A stretch of 64,000 bases of DNA from a virus, in the IMG/VR virus record IMGVR_UViG_3300010049_000002, one strand, 5' to 3'. The translations under genes were made by a program, and so were the position numbers. The notes beneath the pieces were generated by a model that was not told the origin of the DNA, ran no database searches, and saw nothing but the letters and a program-made list of their open reading frames with translations. Positions 61,297-64,000 of the stretch are shown here, one piece after another; within the stretch, counting starts at the first letter, position 1; every line of letters starts with the position of its first letter.

Positions 61297-61914
61297 TCAT
61301 AGTTTGGGCGCAGCCATCTGCGTCTGAATCTGCATGGTCATGGGCTTGCCCTTGGCGACCCCGGACGTTGCGTCGATGAGGGTCATCGAAACCGTGACCG
61401 TGCCCTCCCCCTGGGCGGTGATGACCATCCAGTCGGGGCCCCCCTGGCTGGTGAAAAAACTGCCCGAGATGATGTCGGTCTGGAACTGGTAGCGGGTGTT
61501 CATGTCCGAAGGCGGCCCCGGGGGGACAACGGCGAGCGTCTTTCCGAATGCGAGCTGCGAGCCTTGAGCCATCAGCCCGCCGGCGACTATCGGGGTCATG
61601 GGGACCTGGAAGTCCGCCTGGGGGACCGGCTGCGTGATGGTGACCGTCATCGGGATGGAGTCTTCCGGCCCGCTCGGGGTCGTGTGGCTGTAGTCGACCT
61701 CGAGCTGCCCAACGGCCGTGGCCTGAATCCAGAACCAGTTCTGGGCCTTCTGGGAGGTGAAGAAAGGCGCCGCCGGGGGCTTGGAACTGAACTCCCACCA
61801 GTTGCCGGCGCCCGGGTCTCCGGGCTGGTTGATGAGCAAAGACTGCCCGACGGCCAGCTGCGCCGGGGGCCCGGCGGCGACGGAGATGGAAGCATTGGGG
61901 GGCACGGTGGACAC
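61297..61914 (-). CDS. virion-module protein with internal duplication (205 aa)
   Basis: PFFTSQKAQNWFWIQATAVGQLEV vs SFFTSQGGPDWMVITAQGEGTVTV. Confidence 0.6.
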   Translation of the reverse strand: MSTVPPNASISVAAGPPAQLAVGQSLLINQPGDPGAGNWWEFSSKPPAAPFFTSQKAQNWFWIQATAVGQLEVDYSHTTPSGPEDSIPMTVTITQPVPQADFQVPMTPIVAGGLMAQGSQLAFGKTLAVVPPGPPSDMNTRYQFQTDIISGSFFTSQGGPDWMVITAQGEGTVTVSMTLIDATSGVAKGKPMTMQIQTQMAAPKL

Positions 61915-61937
61915 CGCTAGGCCTGCGGGGGCTGCAC

Positions 61938-62390
61938 CTATGGTGGTACCGGCGTGATGGCGGTCGCACCATAGGGCAAGGTCGTGGGGATGGGCATCTG
62001 CGTACCGTTGTAGGTGAGGGTCACATGCCAGTCGGAACCCACCAGAGTCGCGCTGTTGGTCCAGGTCCAGGGAGAGCCGACCTGCTGGACCTCCGATGAG
62101 ATGACAGATTGCCCCCCCTGCCCGACGACGGACGCGGGGATGGTCAGGACGTAGCTCGTCCCGGGAATCAGGGCGTTCAGCGGGGTCTGGAACGTGGACC
62201 CACCGCCGCCGGCATCATTGGGATTCGGGTTCGGACCGCTACCCCCATTGGACCCCGGGGATGTCTTCCGGGTGGCCAGATAAATCGCTACCCCGCCGAC
62301 GAGCAGAACCCCGACACCGATGGCAATCCAGACCTCGGTACTTGGATTCTCCTCCCGGCTCCGGGCTCGGGCTAGATGTCGGCGGGGCAT
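61938..62390 (-). CDS. EENP-TM anchored protein (150 aa)
   Basis: MPRRHLARARSREENPSTEVWIAIGVGVLLVGGVAIYLA. Confidence 0.6.
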   Translation of the reverse strand: MPRRHLARARSREENPSTEVWIAIGVGVLLVGGVAIYLATRKTSPGSNGGSGPNPNPNDAGGGGSTFQTPLNALIPGTSYVLTIPASVVGQGGQSVISSEVQQVGSPWTWTNSATLVGSDWHVTLTYNGTQMPIPTTLPYGATAITPVPP

Positions 62391-62391
62391 C

Positions 62392-63279
62392 TCAATTCAA
62401 GCTGGTGATGGGGGTGTGGCTGGGGAAGGACCCATACGCCGCGGCGGTGACTCCCGCGGAGCTGACCGGCGTTCCCCCCTGACCGTTCCACTGCGCGGTG
62501 GCGGTGAACTGGCCGGTGGGGATGGTCAGGAGCGCGGAGATGCTCCCAGGCAACGTGCTGATATCGCCCGAGCCCGCGTAGGAGATGATTTGAATCGCGC
62601 CCCAGCCGAAATTCTTGAGCGTCTGGGCCATCTCGCCCGCGCTCGGGGGGCCCAGGGTGCTGGAAGCCCCAGGGATGGTCCCGATGAAGGTGTACTGCTG
62701 CAGATTGCCCAGGCCCTCGGTGCCAACCAAGCTTCCCGCCTGGGGAGCCGTCGTGGGCTGCGCGGTCATCCCCGCCTGGGCCACCGGGTTCGTTGGCGGG
62801 AAGCTTCCGGCAATCGCCTGGACCCCGATGCCGCTTGGAACGGGGGCGCTTGGCTGGCCCCAGACTGCCGTGGCCACCAAGTTGGTGCTGGTCGTCGCCA
62901 AAGCGGGTTGTTGCGTAGCCGGGTCCACCGGCATCGTTTGAATCCCCTGCGCCTGGGGCCCAAACCAGATGATTTGCACGTTGGTCCAGCCGTTGGCCAC
63001 GAGGACGTTCGCCTGGGTCGCGGCATCGACCACCCCGGCGGAGACTGGAACGCTGAAGGTGTAGCTGTTTCCCTGGATGAACCAGGAAACTGGGCTGCCC
63101 TGGGTCTCGGTCACCGTCCCGCTTGGCAGGGGAGTCGACTGCGGCCCATAGCCTCCCTGAGAAGGTCCGTATCCAGGCAGGCCCGCCTGGGATTGCCGCG
63201 AGGTCATGACCACCGCGCCCACGACCAGGGCCGCCAACGCAGCGCCGCCCACCCAAAGCATGGTCTTTTCGTCTGCCAT
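62392..63279 (-). CDS. N-terminally anchored protein with internal duplication (295 aa)
   Basis: TM MLWVGGAALAALVVGAVVM; NSYTFSVP..ANGWTNVQIIWFG vs QQYTFIGT..NFGWGAIQIISYAG. Confidence 0.6.
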   Translation of the reverse strand: MADEKTMLWVGGAALAALVVGAVVMTSRQSQAGLPGYGPSQGGYGPQSTPLPSGTVTETQGSPVSWFIQGNSYTFSVPVSAGVVDAATQANVLVANGWTNVQIIWFGPQAQGIQTMPVDPATQQPALATTSTNLVATAVWGQPSAPVPSGIGVQAIAGSFPPTNPVAQAGMTAQPTTAPQAGSLVGTEGLGNLQQYTFIGTIPGASSTLGPPSAGEMAQTLKNFGWGAIQIISYAGSGDISTLPGSISALLTIPTGQFTATAQWNGQGGTPVSSAGVTAAAYGSFPSHTPITSLN

Positions 63280-63298
63280 CCCGTCACCCGTTACCGGT
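63280..63298 (+). promoter_or_regulatory. heptad-repeat motif CCCGTCACCCGTTACCGGT
   Basis: Divergent gap; abuts ATG of 62392..63279. Confidence 0.5.
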
Positions 63299-63395
63299 GA
63301 GGCTACCGCGAAGCATGGGGTTGGGCTAGCGTCAAGGGGATGAAACTGCGGGCGGATAGCCGACTCAGCGCGAGGGCCGGCGTGAGGGGTGTCCC

Positions 63396-64000
63396 GTGAG
63401 CGCGTGGCCCCAGCACTGGCCGGCGCCGGCTGGATTCGGCCGCCCCCCTGGGTTCGGTTTTAGTGCCCTGGAGGCCCAAGCCATCCGAGCCGCCGCGACC
63501 GCCGGTCCCATCGACGTCACGTCCGCGACCAAGCTCCTAGGTTCAGGCTCGCCCATTGGTCTGCAGGCCCTCATGAGCGCCCAGGGCCTGAGCCCCGACG
63601 CCGTTATGGCCATGGTCCAGCAGACGACCGACCAGCTGGTCTCCCAAGGCATGGCCGACGCCCAGGCGCTCTTCGACCAGAGCCAGACCCCGCAGGCCAA
63701 CGACGCGCGCATCGCCAACGGCGCCAACGCCTTGATGGACCTCATCACCAGCGGCTACGACCCCGACAAGCCGGCCGACAACCAGAAGATGATTATCGCC
63801 GTCGCGGGGGCGGTCTCGCTCATCATTCCGGTCGGGAGCATGATTGGCGGCATCATCCTCTTGGGCGACGCGGTCGCCATGGGCCTCGCCAACGTGCTGG
63901 TGGCCGTCGGCTTGATGCCTGCGTTCGGCTGCCACTCCAGCGGCAACTGGACCGAAGTGATGATTACCCAAGGCGCGCAGAGCTGGTTCAACCAGGGCAC
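63396..64000 (+). CDS. membrane protein, 3' end outside window; start uncertain (GTG 63396; first ATG 63573)
   Basis: Open frame from 63360 to the window end, not in ORF track. Reads ..LMSAQGLSPDAVMAMVQQTTDQL..IIAVAGAVSLIIPVGSMIGGIILLGDAVAMGLANVLVAVGL. Confidence 0.5.
   Translation, partial: MSAWPQHWPAPAGFGRPPGFGFSALEAQAIRAAATAGPIDVTSATKLLGSGSPIGLQALMSAQGLSPDAVMAMVQQTTDQLVSQGMADAQALFDQSQTPQANDARIANGANALMDLITSGYDPDKPADNQKMIIAVAGAVSLIIPVGSMIGGIILLGDAVAMGLANVLVAVGLMPAFGCHSSGNWTEVMITQGAQSWFNQG

Larger units (their letters stand above)
1..64000. mobile_element. phage/prophage-like integrative element spanning the whole window (ends not in view)
   Basis: Uninterrupted phage-type modules (replication, two integrases, lysis-type enzymes, fibres, many tiny coupled ORFs); no host housekeeping genes seen. 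Confidence 0.8.

Noticed and set aside
63365-63971. Minus-strand ORFs 63365..63748, 63543..63971 and 63755..64000
   Set aside because: The plus-strand frame from 63396 to the window end reads as a normal membrane protein. It also follows a plus-oriented heptad motif. The minus ORFs are Ala/Arg/Gly-rich shadows.

Overview
High-GC 64-kb window that reads as one continuous phage/prophage-like integrative element. I see no rRNA, canonical tRNA, CRISPR array or obvious host housekeeping genes. All calls come from reading the supplied ORF translations and the DNA by eye; no database search or fold prediction was run. Trimmed start coordinates were derived from the ORF track using SD sequences and ATGA/GTGA stop-start coupling.

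Recognisable content:
- Replication and recombination: a UDG-like::family A DNA polymerase fusion, a D5/P4-type SF3 helicase-primase, a Sak4-like ATPase, a DUF669-like SSB candidate, a Cas4/RecB-like nuclease, a ParB-like nuclease and an SNF2 helicase.
- Two integrases of different families: a large serine recombinase (32565..34181) and a tyrosine integrase (43374..44780).
- Cell-wall enzymes: a lysozyme-like transglycosylase, a PG-binding-like protein and a transglutaminase-like protein, all membrane anchored.
- A large virion-like module (about 45.8-63.3 kb, plus 24.6-29.3 kb and 1-6.8 kb). It is dominated by small membrane proteins, two collagen-like fibres and paralogous spike-like proteins. 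I cannot recognise a portal, terminase, tail or HK97-type capsid gene in it.
- A GroES-like co-chaperonin, a KGG stress protein and two extreme mixed-charge low-complexity proteins.
- Long runs of tiny translationally coupled ORFs typical of early/accessory regions.

Most products have no family I can name.

The most notable unexplained signals:
- A heptad-repeat DNA motif (CCCGTGA-CCCGT) found upstream of at least ten transcription units.
- An N-terminal basic-(E/K)NP-TM module shared by about ten otherwise different proteins.
- A shared N-terminal FNPxxxxFY..LA.A module on seven fibre/spike-like proteins.
- An A+C-skewed noncoding repeat region flanking a small conserved gene next to the polymerase.
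- The RD/RE- and YG-rich proteins.
- A serine-recombinase module bracketed by paralogous genes and inverted repeats.
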